Assembly: GCA_965221075.1 (NCBI GenBank)
Contig: OZ244865.1
Span: 2,539,605 to 2,603,604 of the forward strand
Source: Limisphaerales bacterium
GTDB taxonomy: Bacteria; Verrucomicrobiota; Verrucomicrobiia; Limisphaerales; AAA164-E04
Direction of reading: 5' to 3'
Length of the DNA stretch: 64,000 nucleotides
Shown: one piece after another, positions 54,001-64,000 of the stretch
How the letters are laid out: every line of letters begins with the position of its first letter
Position numbering within the stretch: position 1 is the stretch's first letter
Program-made: the position numbers and the translations under genes
Notes under the pieces: generated by a model
The model's input: the letters and a program-made list of their open reading frames with translations, nothing else
Told to the model about the DNA's origin: nothing
The model's database searches: none

Positions 54001-55215
54001 CTATTCGAGGAGGTGGCAGAACATCCCGTCGCGCAGCTTGGGCTCGAACCAGGTGCTCTTGGGGGGCATCATCTGGCCTTCGTCGGCGACCTCCATGAAG
54101 CTCTCCATGGGTGTGGGGTGGAGCGAGAAGGCGACGCCGCCCCCGCCGCCATCGACCCGCTCCTCCAGCTCCTCGGTGCCTCGGCTCCCTCCCACGAACG
54201 AGATGCGCGAGCTGGTGCGGGGATCGTCGATGCCCAGCAGCGGCCCCAGGATCCGGTCCTGAAGCCAGGCCACATCCAGCCGCTCCCGGGCCGGGGCCTT
54301 CTCGTCCACCTCGAAGGCGAGATGGTGCCAGCGTCCCTCCAGGTACATGCCCATCCGGCGCTCCGCTCCGGGAACCACCGGACCGGCAGCCTCGGAAACC
54401 TCGGCCACCTCCCCTATCCGCTCCAGCAGGACCGCAGCGCCCATGCCCGCCAGGTCGTGCACATGGCGGTTGTAGGGTAGGATCCGCAGATGATGGTCGG
54501 GATAGAGAGCGGCCACGAAGCCGCCGCTGCCTCCCGCACCCCCGCGATCGCGGGCCACCCGGGCGGCAGCGGCAATGCGGTGGTGGCCATCGGCGATGTA
54601 GAGGCGGGGGATGGCCCGGAACTGCGCGGCGATCCATTCCTGGTCCTCGGCCGAGCCGATCACCCAGGCGCTGTGGCGGACCGAATCCCCGTCGTGGAAG
54701 TCCACGCACGGGGGGCCCGAGGCGAAAGCCTCCAGCCGCCTCTGGAGGGCTGGCACCGCGCGGTAGGCCAGGAACACCAGTCCGGTCTGGGCCCCCAGCG
54801 CCTCCATGTGGGCAACCCGGTCCTGCTCCTTGTCGGGACGTGTCGACTCGTGCTTGCGGATCAGGCCCGACTGGTACTCCTCGCAGCTGGCCAGCGCCAC
54901 CAGGCCCAGCTGGCAATGCCTTCCTGCGACCTGCCGGTAGAGATGGAAGGCGGGCTCGGAATCCCGCCTCAGCCACCCCTCCGAGAGGAACCTCTCCAGG
55001 CGCTCCCGCCCCAGGGCATGCGCCTGACGGGCTCCGGACGGGGCCTGCCCCTGGATCCCGATCTCGGGCTTGCTGATCTGGAAGAAGCTGTGGGGGCGAT
55101 CCGCAGCCGCCTGCTGCGCCTCCTGGGTGGAAAGCACGTCGTAGGGAAGCTCGCAAAGAGCTTCCTCAAGTCCGGGCCGGGGGCGCACCGCCCGGAATGT
55201 CGCGACCGTAGCCAT
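54001..55215 (-). CDS. DUF1015 family protein
   Basis: 404 aa from ATG 55215. FRAVRP, LIRKHESTRPDKEQDR, YIADGHHR, MPPKSTWFEPKL are the DUF1015 hallmarks. Confidence 0.85.
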   Translation of the reverse strand: MATVATFRAVRPRPGLEEALCELPYDVLSTQEAQQAAADRPHSFFQISKPEIGIQGQAPSGARQAHALGRERLERFLSEGWLRRDSEPAFHLYRQVAGRHCQLGLVALASCEEYQSGLIRKHESTRPDKEQDRVAHMEALGAQTGLVFLAYRAVPALQRRLEAFASGPPCVDFHDGDSVRHSAWVIGSAEDQEWIAAQFRAIPRLYIADGHHRIAAAARVARDRGGAGGSGGFVAALYPDHHLRILPYNRHVHDLAGMGAAVLLERIGEVAEVSEAAGPVVPGAERRMGMYLEGRWHHLAFEVDEKAPARERLDVAWLQDRILGPLLGIDDPRTSSRISFVGGSRGTEELEERVDGGGGGVAFSLHPTPMESFMEVADEGQMMPPKSTWFEPKLRDGMFCHLLE

Positions 55216-55439
55216 GGTGGCTCCCGCTCGGGGAGGCAAGGGGAACAAACAGGCGGTCCGGCGGCTTGTCAACCGTGGATCGGATTGAAGGTCAGTCGGA
55301 TGAAATTGCTTGAAACGGAAGTGGATCCGGGGGACATTCACGGGACGGACGGCATGCGCTCCCGATAGATGGAACATCTCTGCTCCTGCGCAGCGGAACT
55401 CTTCCGCCCCTGCGCACCAACGTCGTACCCGGGGGTTTC

Positions 55440-56114
55440 TTGAGTCGGCCCGGATTCTCCCGCAACCGCCGCTTCCGCGCTCCTCGCATCCGGATCAACG
55501 AGAGGATCCGGGCCAGGGAGATCCGTGTGGTGGACTCCTCGGGAAAGCAGATGGGGGTCTTCAGCCGCCACGAGGCCCTCAAGCTGGCCAAGGAGAAGCA
55601 GGTGGATCTGGTGGAGGTCGCCGAGAACGCCACACCCCCCGTCTGCCGCCTGGTCAACTTCGGCAAGTACCAGTACGAGCAGTCCAAGAAGAAGAAGGAG
55701 AACAAGAAGAACCAGCACTCCAACCGCACCAAGGAGGTGCAGCTGAGCGTCAAGATCGATCCCCACGACCTAAAGACCAAGCAGAACCACGCCATCGACT
55801 TCCTCTGCGAGGACATGAAGGTCAAGGTGACCCTGCGCTTCCGGGGCCGGGAGAACGCCCACAAGGAGGTGGGCGTCGAGGTGGTGGACCAGTTCGTCGA
55901 AGTGCTCTCCCCCTGGGGCCACCCCGACGCCCCGACCCGTAAGATCGGCCGGGGCCTGATCGTGATGATCAACCCCCTGCCCCGGGTGCAGCGTGCCCCC
56001 CATCCAGGCCACATCTCCCCTCCCCCTCCCGACGAGACCTCGCCCGAGGACTCTCCCGAGGAAGAGGAGGAGGAGCTGCCCGCCGCCGCCCAGGTGCCCG
56101 GCCAGGAGGGCTAG
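55440..56114 (+). CDS. infC: translation initiation factor IF-3 with acidic/proline-rich C-terminal tail
   Basis: RINERIRAREIRVVDSSGKQMGV, DLVEVAENATPPVCRLVNFGKYQYE, KEVQLSVKIDPHDLKTK. Only a non-ATG start (TTG 55440) is available, as is usual for infC. Confidence 0.9.
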   Translation: MSRPGFSRNRRFRAPRIRINERIRAREIRVVDSSGKQMGVFSRHEALKLAKEKQVDLVEVAENATPPVCRLVNFGKYQYEQSKKKKENKKNQHSNRTKEVQLSVKIDPHDLKTKQNHAIDFLCEDMKVKVTLRFRGRENAHKEVGVEVVDQFVEVLSPWGHPDAPTRKIGRGLIVMINPLPRVQRAPHPGHISPPPPDETSPEDSPEEEEEELPAAAQVPGQEG

Positions 56115-56115
56115 G

Positions 56116-58131
56116 CTAGCCCCCGCGGCGGACCATCTCCTCGAGCACCCGCTGCATCTGGAGCTCGGCCAGCTCCCCGGTGGCCTCGTCCAGCTCTCGG
56201 GTGCGGCGCTCCAGCTCCTTCCAGTCCCCTTCGCCGCCCAGCAGCTTCTCCACCCCGGCCAGCGCCCGGTCGATCCGGCACCGGGCCCCCTCCTGCAGCT
56301 CGGGGCCGCATTCCTCCAGGGCCTGGCGGGTCGCCTCGAGGGTTTCCTTGGCCCGGAGCGTACCTTCGATCCACCGGCGCGAGGCCAGGTCGTCGAGGGC
56401 GTGCTCCACCGATTCCTCCACCATCCGCTCGACCTCCTCGTCGGCGACGTCGACCGCCGCCTCCAGGGTCACCGTCCGCTCCCGCCCCGAGCCGAGATCC
56501 CTGGCCAGAACATGGAGCACCCCGTCGGCGTCGATCTCGAACTGTACCCCCACCCTGGGAACCCCGCTGGGCTCGGACTCGGCCTCCAGGGTGAAGCGGC
56601 CCAGGCTCCAGTTGTCCCGCGCCCTCTCCCTCTCCCCCTGCAGGAGGTGGACCAGGATCTCGCGCTGGCCGTGGACCGCGGTGGTGAACACCTCTCCGGC
56701 CTTGGCCGGGATGGTGGTGTTGCGGGGGATGATCACGTTCATCAGGCCCCCGAAGGTCTCGATGCCCAGGGAGAGGGGAGTCACGTCCAGCAGCACCATG
56801 TCCCGGCGCCTACCCTCCAGCATCGCTCCCTGGATCGCGGCCCCCCGGGCGACGGCCTCCTCGGGATGCTGGGACAGATCCAGGACCGGGCCCCTGCCCC
56901 GCTCCCCCCGCCCCATCCTCAGGTCCCCCTCCAGGGCCTCGAAGTCGGAGCAGCCGAACCAGCTTCCCACCTTCTCCCGCACCAGGGGCATCCTCGTCTG
57001 GCCTCCCACCATCACCACCCGGTCCAGATCCCGGGCCTCCAGGCCGGCGTCGGCCAGGGCCTGCTGGCAGTGGCGCAGGGTGCGCTCGATCACCGGCGAG
57101 GCGATCGATTCCAGATCCCGCCGGGTGATCTCGGTCCTCAGCCCGAAGGCCCCGGCCAGGCCCGGCAGCTCTACTGTTCCGGCCTCGTTCGCCGAGAGCG
57201 ACTCCTTGGCCCTTCGGGCCGCCTCCCTCAGCCGGGCTGCGCCCGCAGGATCCAGGCTCGGAGGCCCTCCCTGCTCCGCCACCCTCTCCAGCAGCAGGCT
57301 AGCCAGCCGCTCGTCGATGTCGTCGCCCCCCAGCCGGGTGTTCCCGTGGGTGGAGAGCACCCGGAAGACGCCCTGGTTCAGCTCCAGGACGGTCAGGTCG
57401 AAGGTGCCTCCTCCCAGATCGTAGACCGCCACCCGGGACTTCTCCCCCAGCCGGTCCAGTCCGTAGGCCAGGGCCGCGGCGGTCGGCTCGTTGACAATGC
57501 GCTCCACCACGAGCCCCGCCAGGCGTCCCGCCTCCAGGGTGGCGCTGCGCTGCGCGTCGTTGAAGTAGGCAGGAACGGTGATCACCGCCCGCTCGACCCT
57601 CTCACCCAGGGCCTGCCGGGCCACCTCCATCAGGTGCCTGAGGATCTGGGCCGAGACCTCCTGGGGCGAAAGGAGGCACTCCCCCGCCCTGACCCATAGC
57701 GCGTCCTTCTCGCCCCGAGCCAGATCCCCGCTTCCGCCGTCGCTTCCCCGGTCCCCCCAGCGAAGCCCCATGGAGCGCTTGACGGAGCGGACCACGGCCC
57801 CGCAGGGCGCGCTCTCCGGCTCCCCCACCCGGATCCCGTCCTCCCCGTAGCTGACCACCGAGGGCACGATCCGCCTTCCCTGCGGATCGGCCAGCACGAT
57901 CGGGAAGCCGGAGTCCACCACTGCGATGGCCGAATGGGTGGTGCCCAGGTCGATGCCGAAGATCCGGCCAGCCGGAGCGGCAGAGCCCTCCCCGGGCCGG
58001 GAGGCTGGAGGGCCGGGCGGGGAGGGAGGAATCGCTTGACCGGTCCTGCCCCCCGGGAGAACCTTCGGGCCATGCGTCCCCTCCTCGGCAGGCTTCTCCT
58101 CCTGCTCCCCTTCTGCTCCTTGCTGCTTCAC
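56116..58131 (-). CDS. Hsp70-family chaperone (DnaK/HscA-like)
   Basis: [16 protein letters not shown] (phosphate-1), [33 protein letters not shown]. The 5' end is uncertain. There is no ATG/GTG/TTG in frame between 57964 and 58130; GTG 58131 is the first candidate and overlaps the divergent sulfatase start. The rest of track ORF 56116..59142 is an antisense artefact. Confidence 0.8.
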   Translation of the reverse strand: MKQQGAEGEQEEKPAEEGTHGPKVLPGGRTGQAIPPSPPGPPASRPGEGSAAPAGRIFGIDLGTTHSAIAVVDSGFPIVLADPQGRRIVPSVVSYGEDGIRVGEPESAPCGAVVRSVKRSMGLRWGDRGSDGGSGDLARGEKDALWVRAGECLLSPQEVSAQILRHLMEVARQALGERVERAVITVPAYFNDAQRSATLEAGRLAGLVVERIVNEPTAAALAYGLDRLGEKSRVAVYDLGGGTFDLTVLELNQGVFRVLSTHGNTRLGGDDIDERLASLLLERVAEQGGPPSLDPAGAARLREAARRAKESLSANEAGTVELPGLAGAFGLRTEITRRDLESIASPVIERTLRHCQQALADAGLEARDLDRVVMVGGQTRMPLVREKVGSWFGCSDFEALEGDLRMGRGERGRGPVLDLSQHPEEAVARGAAIQGAMLEGRRRDMVLLDVTPLSLGIETFGGLMNVIIPRNTTIPAKAGEVFTTAVHGQREILVHLLQGERERARDNWSLGRFTLEAESEPSGVPRVGVQFEIDADGVLHVLARDLGSGRERTVTLEAAVDVADEEVERMVEESVEHALDDLASRRWIEGTLRAKETLEATRQALEECGPELQEGARCRIDRALAGVEKLLGGEGDWKELERRTRELDEATGELAELQMQRVLEEMVRRGG

Positions 58132-60255
58132 GCGTCGCAGCGGCCCAACATCGTCTTCATCTTCTCGGACGACCATGCCGTGGGGGCGATCAGCGCCTAC
58201 GGATCGGAGATCCTGCAGACCCCCCAGATCGACCGCCTGGCCAACGAAGGCAGCGTCTTCCTCAACTCCTTCTGCGCCAACTCCATCTGCGGCCCGTCCC
58301 GCGCCTGCATCCTCACCGGAAAGCACAGCCACATCAACGGATTTCGCCGCAACGGGGAGCGCTTCGACGGCTCCCAGACCACCTTCCCCAAGCTGCTTCA
58401 GGCGAGCGGCTACCAGACCGCCCTGGTGGGCAAGTGGCACCTGTCCAGCGACCCCACCGGCTTCCACCACTGGGAGATCCTCCCCGGCCAGGGCAGCTAC
58501 TACAACCCGGTGTTCCTCCAGATGGACGGCACCCGCAAGGAGTACACCGGATACTGCACCGACATCGTGACCGACCAGGCCATCGAGTGGCTGGAGGAGC
58601 AGCGGGATCCCGGCCGCCCCTTCATGCTGATGTGCCAGCACAAGGCCCCCCACCGCAACTGGTCCCCGGCCCTGCGCCACCTCTCGTACTTCGACGGCAG
58701 GGACGTGCCCGAGCCCCCCACCCTGTTCGACGACTATCAGGGGCGCACGGCGCTGCTCCAGGAGAACGAGATGACCATCGACCGCCATTTCCACTGGGGT
58801 CACGACGCCAAGTTCACCGGGGAGAACCAGGCTCCCGAGCACTTCGCCGGCAGGCACAGCAACGGGGAGTACCGGCGCATGAACGACGAGCAGCGCACCG
58901 CATGGGACGCCCAGTACGAGCCGGAAAACCAGGCCTTCCTGGCTGATCTGAAGGCCGGGAAGCTCTCCGATGCCGACGTGCTGCGCTGGAAGTACCAGCG
59001 CTACGTCAAGGACTACCTGCGCACCGTGGTGGCCGTCGACGAGAGCGTGGGCCGCATCCTCGACTACCTGGACGCCAACGGGCTCCGGGAGAACACCATG
59101 GTGATCTACTCCTCCGACCAGGGCTTCTACCTGGGGGAGCACGGATGGTACGACAAGCGCTGGATGTTCGAGGAGTCCCTCAAGATGCCCTTCCTGATCC
59201 GCTGGCCCGGGGTGGTCGAGGCGGGAACCCGCTCAACCGCCCTGATCCAGAACATCGACTACGCCCCCACCTTCCTGGAGGCGGCCGGAGCGCCCGTTCC
59301 CGAGGAGATGCAGGGCCGCAGCCTGCTGCCCCTGCTGGCCAACCGGTCCGAGGCGCCCTCCGACTGGCGGGACGCCGTCTACTACGCCTACTACGAGAAC
59401 GCCTCGGCCCACGCGGTGCCAATCCACGACGGGGTCCGCACCCAGGACCACAAGCTGATGTACTTCCCCCGGGGCAACCAGTGGCAGCTGTTCGATCTGG
59501 CGGCCGATCCCCTCGAGATGCGCAGCGTCCACGACCAGCCCGACTACCAGGACGTGCTGGCGGGGCTCAGGAAGCGCTACCGCGACCTCAGGTCCTTCTA
59601 CCGGGTGAACAACGCCACCATCCCCATGACCCGGGCCGACGAGGACTGGTGGCGCCAGCGGGAGCGGGACATCCAGCAGCGGCTGCGCGAGGAGGGCCCC
59701 CACGATCTGGCCTTCATCGGCGACAGCATCACCCAGGGCTGGGAGGGCCGTGGACGCGACGTCTGGCACAAGCGCTACCAGGGGATGAAGGCCGTCAACC
59801 TGGGCTTCAGCGGCGATCGCACCGAACATGTCCTGTGGCGCCTCTCCCGGGGCCCCGCGGCCGCCTTCAGGCCCAAGGTGGCTGTGGTGATGATCGGCAC
59901 CAACAACACCGGACACCTGATGCAGGAGCCAGGCCAGGTGGCCGAAGGCGTCGAGGCCATCGTCCAGCTGATCCGCCAGCGATCCCCCTCCACCCGTATC
60001 CTCCTTCACGGGGTCTTTCCCCGCGGCCGGAACCCCATGGACGAAGGGCGGCTCAACAACGTGGCCATCAACCAGCACCTCAGGCGCCTCCACGACGGGG
60101 AGCACGTCCACTACATGGACATCGGCCCGGCCTTCCTTGAGCCGGACGGCACCATCTCGGCCTCGGTCATGCCCGACTACCTGCACCTGAGCCAGGCAGG
60201 CTACCGCCGATGGGCAGACGCCATCGAAGGCAAGCTCGTCGAGCTCGGGCTGTAG
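58072..60255 (+). CDS. secreted sulfatase fused to a C-terminal SGNH/GDSL hydrolase domain
   Basis: 727 aa from ATG 58072 with a signal peptide [32 protein letters not shown] and the FGly motif [12 protein letters not shown]-terminal [13 protein letters not shown] ... VVMIGTNN ... PDYLHLS (SGNH blocks I, III, V). Confidence 0.88.
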   Translation: MRPLLGRLLLLLPFCSLLLHASQRPNIVFIFSDDHAVGAISAYGSEILQTPQIDRLANEGSVFLNSFCANSICGPSRACILTGKHSHINGFRRNGERFDGSQTTFPKLLQASGYQTALVGKWHLSSDPTGFHHWEILPGQGSYYNPVFLQMDGTRKEYTGYCTDIVTDQAIEWLEEQRDPGRPFMLMCQHKAPHRNWSPALRHLSYFDGRDVPEPPTLFDDYQGRTALLQENEMTIDRHFHWGHDAKFTGENQAPEHFAGRHSNGEYRRMNDEQRTAWDAQYEPENQAFLADLKAGKLSDADVLRWKYQRYVKDYLRTVVAVDESVGRILDYLDANGLRENTMVIYSSDQGFYLGEHGWYDKRWMFEESLKMPFLIRWPGVVEAGTRSTALIQNIDYAPTFLEAAGAPVPEEMQGRSLLPLLANRSEAPSDWRDAVYYAYYENASAHAVPIHDGVRTQDHKLMYFPRGNQWQLFDLAADPLEMRSVHDQPDYQDVLAGLRKRYRDLRSFYRVNNATIPMTRADEDWWRQRERDIQQRLREEGPHDLAFIGDSITQGWEGRGRDVWHKRYQGMKAVNLGFSGDRTEHVLWRLSRGPAAAFRPKVAVVMIGTNNTGHLMQEPGQVAEGVEAIVQLIRQRSPSTRILLHGVFPRGRNPMDEGRLNNVAINQHLRRLHDGEHVHYMDIGPAFLEPDGTISASVMPDYLHLSQAGYRRWADAIEGKLVELGL

Positions 60256-60485
60256 AGCCCCACCAGGATCCTGCTTCTAGAGCAGCCGAGATCAGCAGCA
60301 AGCGAGACCTGAATGTCTCTCTATAGCTTGTAGATCTCCTTGTCGTACTTCTAGGGAGCTTTCCGTGTGCTCTTGGGAGGAACTACGGGTTCGAGTCCCT
60401 GCTCCCTGACCGCCTGACATGCCCCGTCGTCTTCGTATGCCCTGTCCATGACCTGGAATCTGGAAGGTTTCCGGGAATCGAGCTG

Positions 60486-60570
60486 CGGAACCTGTCAATG
60501 ACATTGAAAAACATGATCCTTCAATTGATTGAGCATTAACACGCATCGACAGGTCTGTCACTGGCCAGAC
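60486..60570 (+). repeat. conserved non-coding element, copy 3 (5' ~85 bp only)
   Basis: cGGAACCTGTCAATGACATTGAAAAACATGATCCTTCAATTGATTGAGCATTAACACGCATCGACAGGTCTGTCAC aligns to the first part of copies 1 and 2. Confidence 0.8.
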
Positions 60571-60810
60571 CTAAGGCCACCGCGCCACTCCTTGACTCTA
60601 CTACTTGAATCATTCACACCTCTTTATACATCAACCGAGGGCGTGGACTCACAGATTCTCAACTGCCACAATCCGTCACGGTAAAGAAACGTTCAAATGA
60701 TCACCAACAACATAACAGTCCTCCATGACTCATAGAGCTCTTGGGTATCTGACACCGATCTGTTTGACCGAATTAACAATCGACCGGGCGATTCCCATAT
60801 TTGACGTGCA

Positions 60811-62850
60811 TCAAATATCAGTTCTGTTCATAGATGCCGAGTTTGTGTCAGGTGGCTTAACGCCCCAAGCATTTGTAACTTCAAGCAATGGAAACGGGTC
60901 CGTTTCATTGCTCCATTCGAGGAATGGGGCAGCTGTCTGGCTATATGGACCAGGTTCAGGACAGTCAAATTGCACGCGAGACGGTACGTTAAAGGTGCTA
61001 CCGAAAACGATTGCTTCTCCAGATTCAAGAATGGCCACCTGATCTAAAAGGCGTCGAGCTTGAACAGGGATTATGCGACGTAAGAAATCAATGTCTTCTG
61101 GGTTTTGTAATCTATGGCTAATAAAGTTTGCGCATTGACTAATAATTGTTGGGCTGATTTCACTCGGTCGTTGACTTGCAATTATCAAAGAAATACCAAA
61201 CTTTCTGCCCTCCTTAACGATTCGCTCATAAGAAAGACGAGCTAACTTATGACCACGATCTTCGTCGGGGCTCGCTGGACAGACATAATTATGCGCTTCT
61301 TCAAGAACCAAAACCCAAGGATGCTTGAATCGGCGATCCGCAGGAAGCATTTCGCGAACTTCAAGCAATATGCGACCCACTACCGAACAAGCATAAGGCA
61401 ATGCTTCATTGCTTAACATCGAAAGGTCTAGGATCGACACCTTCGGGCCAGTCTTGCCACCAAAACCAAAGCGAGTAAGCCAACAAGCAAAGTCTTTGAT
61501 ATTAATATTATCGTCTTCATAATTCAAAAAAGCTTTCCACCGTCGATCATCTATTCGAGCTTTTAGTCGTAGTTTTAAAGTAGTCAGATGCCCTTCAATT
61601 CGGAATTTGTCTTCCATCGAACCCGCACTGTTGAGAAATGAGGGATTGGTCAACGTTTGACGAGAAATAAACAGCGGAGAATCTGCTGTTCTTATACCCT
61701 GATCAGTTGTCACACCTTTAGCTGCAATTCTCGACTTAATCCTTGATTTAAGATTAGTGGTAGCATCCAAAATTAACGCCTGGTTATCTAATACTTCATT
61801 GCTATATGGACTTATATTTCTATGTTTTTCAAACAGAGACTTAAATTCCACAACGTCAACACCATAATTCAACAAACAGTTACAAACCGCATCGCAATAT
61901 GATCCTGAGTCCTTTCGCTTTAGATTGGGCAATTTGTTAAATAGTTGATCAATGCACCTCAAAGAATGGTGCAGGAGATTGGTGTCCATTTCTTGTATAT
62001 CAAAGTTTCCCTTAGCAATTGCCCACCAGTCTTTAAGTACTGGTTCCTGAGTCTGTTCAGCTGTGCTCAACCAAGAGCATATTTCCTCAGCGTTAAAGAA
62101 CCATATCGGGATGCTGAACTCTTCGCCGTTAAGATAAACACGGTTTGGATGTCGCCTAGCGACATCGGCCATAACAGAAAATGCCTTGGAATACTCACCG
62201 TTGATGTCGAGCACAAAGACATGGGGTTCATTTCTGCTATTCTTAATTGCACTCATTGCCTTCTGAATCAAGTTCGATACTGTAAAGGACTTGCCTGAAC
62301 CTGTGTTGCCAACGATGGCTAGCGGGCGTGAAAAGAGATCATTATATGACGCCTTAACTACAACAGATGACTGGTCTATTTGCGAACCTATCCGTAAATC
62401 TAAATCGAAGTCATTATCAATATAGTTTTCTGGCTTGTTCCTCCTAGGAGCCGATTCGAAAATTGATTTAAGGGCACTGGGGGAGCCGATCTCCGCCGGT
62501 GTATCAAGTGTCGGCAGAATAGTGATAGCAGGGTTGAAAATACTCCCTTGAATTGTGCCAAGTAGCTGAACATTTGCGACACGACGCGGCTTCATCAGCT
62601 CTAAGGGCAACTTATCGTCAGCAGCAGTTTCGCTGCATTCCCGAGCTTCAAGATTCGTAATGATTCCGATTACATCCTTTCCTGCGCCAATTGAAAAGGT
62701 AAGATATGAATTGATGGCGACTGCCACCTGAACTCCTTCCGACGATGCCCGGAGCGAGGATCTGGTTTCGGAAAGCAATTCAACCTTAACCCATATACCA
62801 TTGACGGCAACGATATGTCCAATAACGCGCTGATTATCAAATGCTATCAT
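60811..62850 (-). CDS. herA: HerA-like (DUF87/FtsK-type) ATPase of a SIR2-HerA defence pair
   Basis: 679 aa. N-terminal HAS-barrel-like VIGHIVAVNGIWVKVEL, Walker A VGNTGSGKSFTV, Walker B WVLVLEEAHNY. ATGA overlap with the upstream SIR2 gene. Confidence 0.88.
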   Translation of the reverse strand: MIAFDNQRVIGHIVAVNGIWVKVELLSETRSSLRASSEGVQVAVAINSYLTFSIGAGKDVIGIITNLEARECSETAADDKLPLELMKPRRVANVQLLGTIQGSIFNPAITILPTLDTPAEIGSPSALKSIFESAPRRNKPENYIDNDFDLDLRIGSQIDQSSVVVKASYNDLFSRPLAIVGNTGSGKSFTVSNLIQKAMSAIKNSRNEPHVFVLDINGEYSKAFSVMADVARRHPNRVYLNGEEFSIPIWFFNAEEICSWLSTAEQTQEPVLKDWWAIAKGNFDIQEMDTNLLHHSLRCIDQLFNKLPNLKRKDSGSYCDAVCNCLLNYGVDVVEFKSLFEKHRNISPYSNEVLDNQALILDATTNLKSRIKSRIAAKGVTTDQGIRTADSPLFISRQTLTNPSFLNSAGSMEDKFRIEGHLTTLKLRLKARIDDRRWKAFLNYEDDNINIKDFACWLTRFGFGGKTGPKVSILDLSMLSNEALPYACSVVGRILLEVREMLPADRRFKHPWVLVLEEAHNYVCPASPDEDRGHKLARLSYERIVKEGRKFGISLIIASQRPSEISPTIISQCANFISHRLQNPEDIDFLRRIIPVQARRLLDQVAILESGEAIVFGSTFNVPSRVQFDCPEPGPYSQTAAPFLEWSNETDPFPLLEVTNAWGVKPPDTNSASMNRTDI

Positions 62851-64000
62851 TTCGAATAGATCGAGCCAGCGTTGGCTGACAACAGGCTACCGGATGACTC
62901 AATTTGCTTTTCGAAGCGGCGCATGCGTAAAAAATCGTTTAGCCATTGGACATCGGGCATGATGCAGTGCGAGAAATCATCAAAAGTGGCAAAACCGTTA
63001 TTTGCATTTTTACGGGCATCATTTGTTGTACTCAACACAAAGGCACGCTTGCCTAGATCCTTGTATTTTCGTACTCGGTCAATTGTTGCACTATTCGGAT
63101 TGGGCTCGACAACCAGCATGACTAATGATGGATTCACCAGTGAGTCTTCAAGAATTCTTGTTAAATGGTCATCACCGAACCCGTACCCCAAAACTAGAAA
63201 AAATGTTTGAGGGGCACTCAGTTGAATTTGTAGAGCACGATAAAGATGTGCAAAAGGCATTGTCAACGTCTGCACGAATTTGTTAGCTGTTGGAAGAATT
63301 CCGATAGCAGGCAACTGGTCTGCCTTCTGTAAGAGTTTCTTGGCTTTTTCCTTCGGATCATCAAGGATGCAATAGTCACTAAACGCGTTTAGGTCAGGAT
63401 GTCGTGAGAATATTTTATTGTTACGTAGATACCAGTGAATGGAGCCATGCAGTTTATAGAAGCGTAGAAACTTATCGAAACGCCGCACACGACCTTCGGA
63501 CACATTTCCTGGATAGTAGATATCTAGACCATAAACTGAGGGATCAAAGCGAGCGTTTGCGTGACCGGTAAATCCGTCAAAATAATGGATTCCGATTTGG
63601 TCGCATGCTTGTTCGAAGAGTGTGTCATAATTGAGCGTAAAGAGATTAACCCGACCAAGATTGTTATCACGAGCAACCAGCTTTGCTAGAAACGTTAAGT
63701 GCGAAGCAACGCCATTGGAAGTGTCTGTTGCAATATTTACATCGGGTAGCTTCAGTGCACATTCCAAGAAGATAGCGGATTGAATCCATTTGACAAACCA
63801 TGACAGGTCTTTTTGGGTCGGAGCGTTGGTTTCCTTCCATTGAACACCGTTGAAGGGTGAGTTTGGTACTGATCCAATGAAATGGCAGTTCACTATGTAC
63901 GAAAGCCAGTCTTCGAATTTCAGTTTTGAAGGCTGGGGTATTTGTGCGAGCCGCTTGTCAATAATCGCTTTTATACCTGATGGCGCATCGGGTAACAACC
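62847..64000 (-). CDS. SIR2-like (SIR2_2) NADase-type protein, 5' end at or just beyond the window edge
   Basis: FTLNYDTLFEQA, YKLHGSIHWY, LVLGYGFGDDH are SIR2_2 hallmarks. The track start at 63998 is a TTG at the window boundary, so the true start is unknown. Confidence 0.85.
   Translation of the reverse strand, partial: LLPDAPSGIKAIIDKRLAQIPQPSKLKFEDWLSYIVNCHFIGSVPNSPFNGVQWKETNAPTQKDLSWFVKWIQSAIFLECALKLPDVNIATDTSNGVASHLTFLAKLVARDNNLGRVNLFTLNYDTLFEQACDQIGIHYFDGFTGHANARFDPSVYGLDIYYPGNVSEGRVRRFDKFLRFYKLHGSIHWYLRNNKIFSRHPDLNAFSDYCILDDPKEKAKKLLQKADQLPAIGILPTANKFVQTLTMPFAHLYRALQIQLSAPQTFFLVLGYGFGDDHLTRILEDSLVNPSLVMLVVEPNPNSATIDRVRKYKDLGKRAFVLSTTNDARKNANNGFATFDDFSHCIMPDVQWLNDFLRMRRFEKQIESSGSLLSANAGSIYSK

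Noticed and set aside
56116-59142. 1008-aa ORF.
   Set aside because: Only the 3' ~616-672 codons are Hsp70-like. The 5' part is the antisense shadow of the sulfatase/SGNH gene.
60352-60411. tRNA gene suggested by GGGTTCGAGTCCC plus a pairing acceptor stem.
   Set aside because: Only about 58 nt long, with no anticodon arm, two T-stem mismatches and a 3' end of CCG. It is not a functional tRNA. It is kept only as a possible integration scar (see findings).
60292-60561. 89-aa minus-strand ORF (MTDLSMRVNAQSIEG...) and the similar-looking peptides in the other element copies. Also the plus-strand peptide tail EPVNDIETLDPSID* shared by the three copies.
   Set aside because: The minus frame is interrupted by a stop in copy 1. 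The plus 'peptide' has no start codon or conserved upstream frame, and similarity begins abruptly at the same nucleotide in all copies. The conservation is therefore at the nucleotide level, not the protein level.

Overview
This is a high-GC chromosomal segment. Its gene content suggests a PVC-superphylum bacterium (Verrucomicrobia/Planctomycetes-like): a Planctomycete/Verrucomicrobia-type bacterial microcompartment locus, several sulfatases, a PQQ-dehydrogenase/cytochrome c protein and split nuo genes. All family calls come from motif recognition by eye; no database search was possible. The backbone is housekeeping: glgB, trpC-prfB (classic +1 frameshift), nuoA, rlmI-like, rnd, scpA-scpB-pheA, two periplasmic PPIase chaperones, hsp20, HIT, a 14-gene BMC/aldolase/DeoR/eda block, a HAD-NUDIX-FolB fusion, an S8 protease, nuoM-nuoN, an FAH-family gene, proS, DUF1015, infC and an Hsp70-family gene. 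Five visibly AT-richer or degraded accessory islets interrupt it. (i) 3.0-5.45 kb holds a frameshifted small ORF, an FRG-domain/TPR protein and a transposase C-terminal remnant. (ii) 10.35-15.7 kb holds an IS1182/IS5-like transposase pseudogene, a conserved non-coding element, and a tandem 1.45-kb array of AAA+ ATPase genes. In that array the 5' halves are near-identical, the 3' halves are mosaic, and a third unit is a 3'-half-only cassette. (iii) 35.9-39.4 kb holds an AAA_14/DUF4143 ATPase-nuclease plus an unrecognisable 346-aa protein. (iv) 51.7-53.9 kb holds an orphan membrane-anchored protein, a G14 tract and a decayed DUF433/DUF5615 TA pair. (v) 60.26 kb to the window end holds a SIR2-HerA defence operon. 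A previously unrecognised ~85-290-bp element beginning cGGAACCTGTCAATGACATTGA occurs three times, at the borders of islets ii, iv and v. The ATPase cassette array and this element are the most unusual things I can see. Most long ORFs in the track are antisense shadows of real genes in GC-rich DNA.
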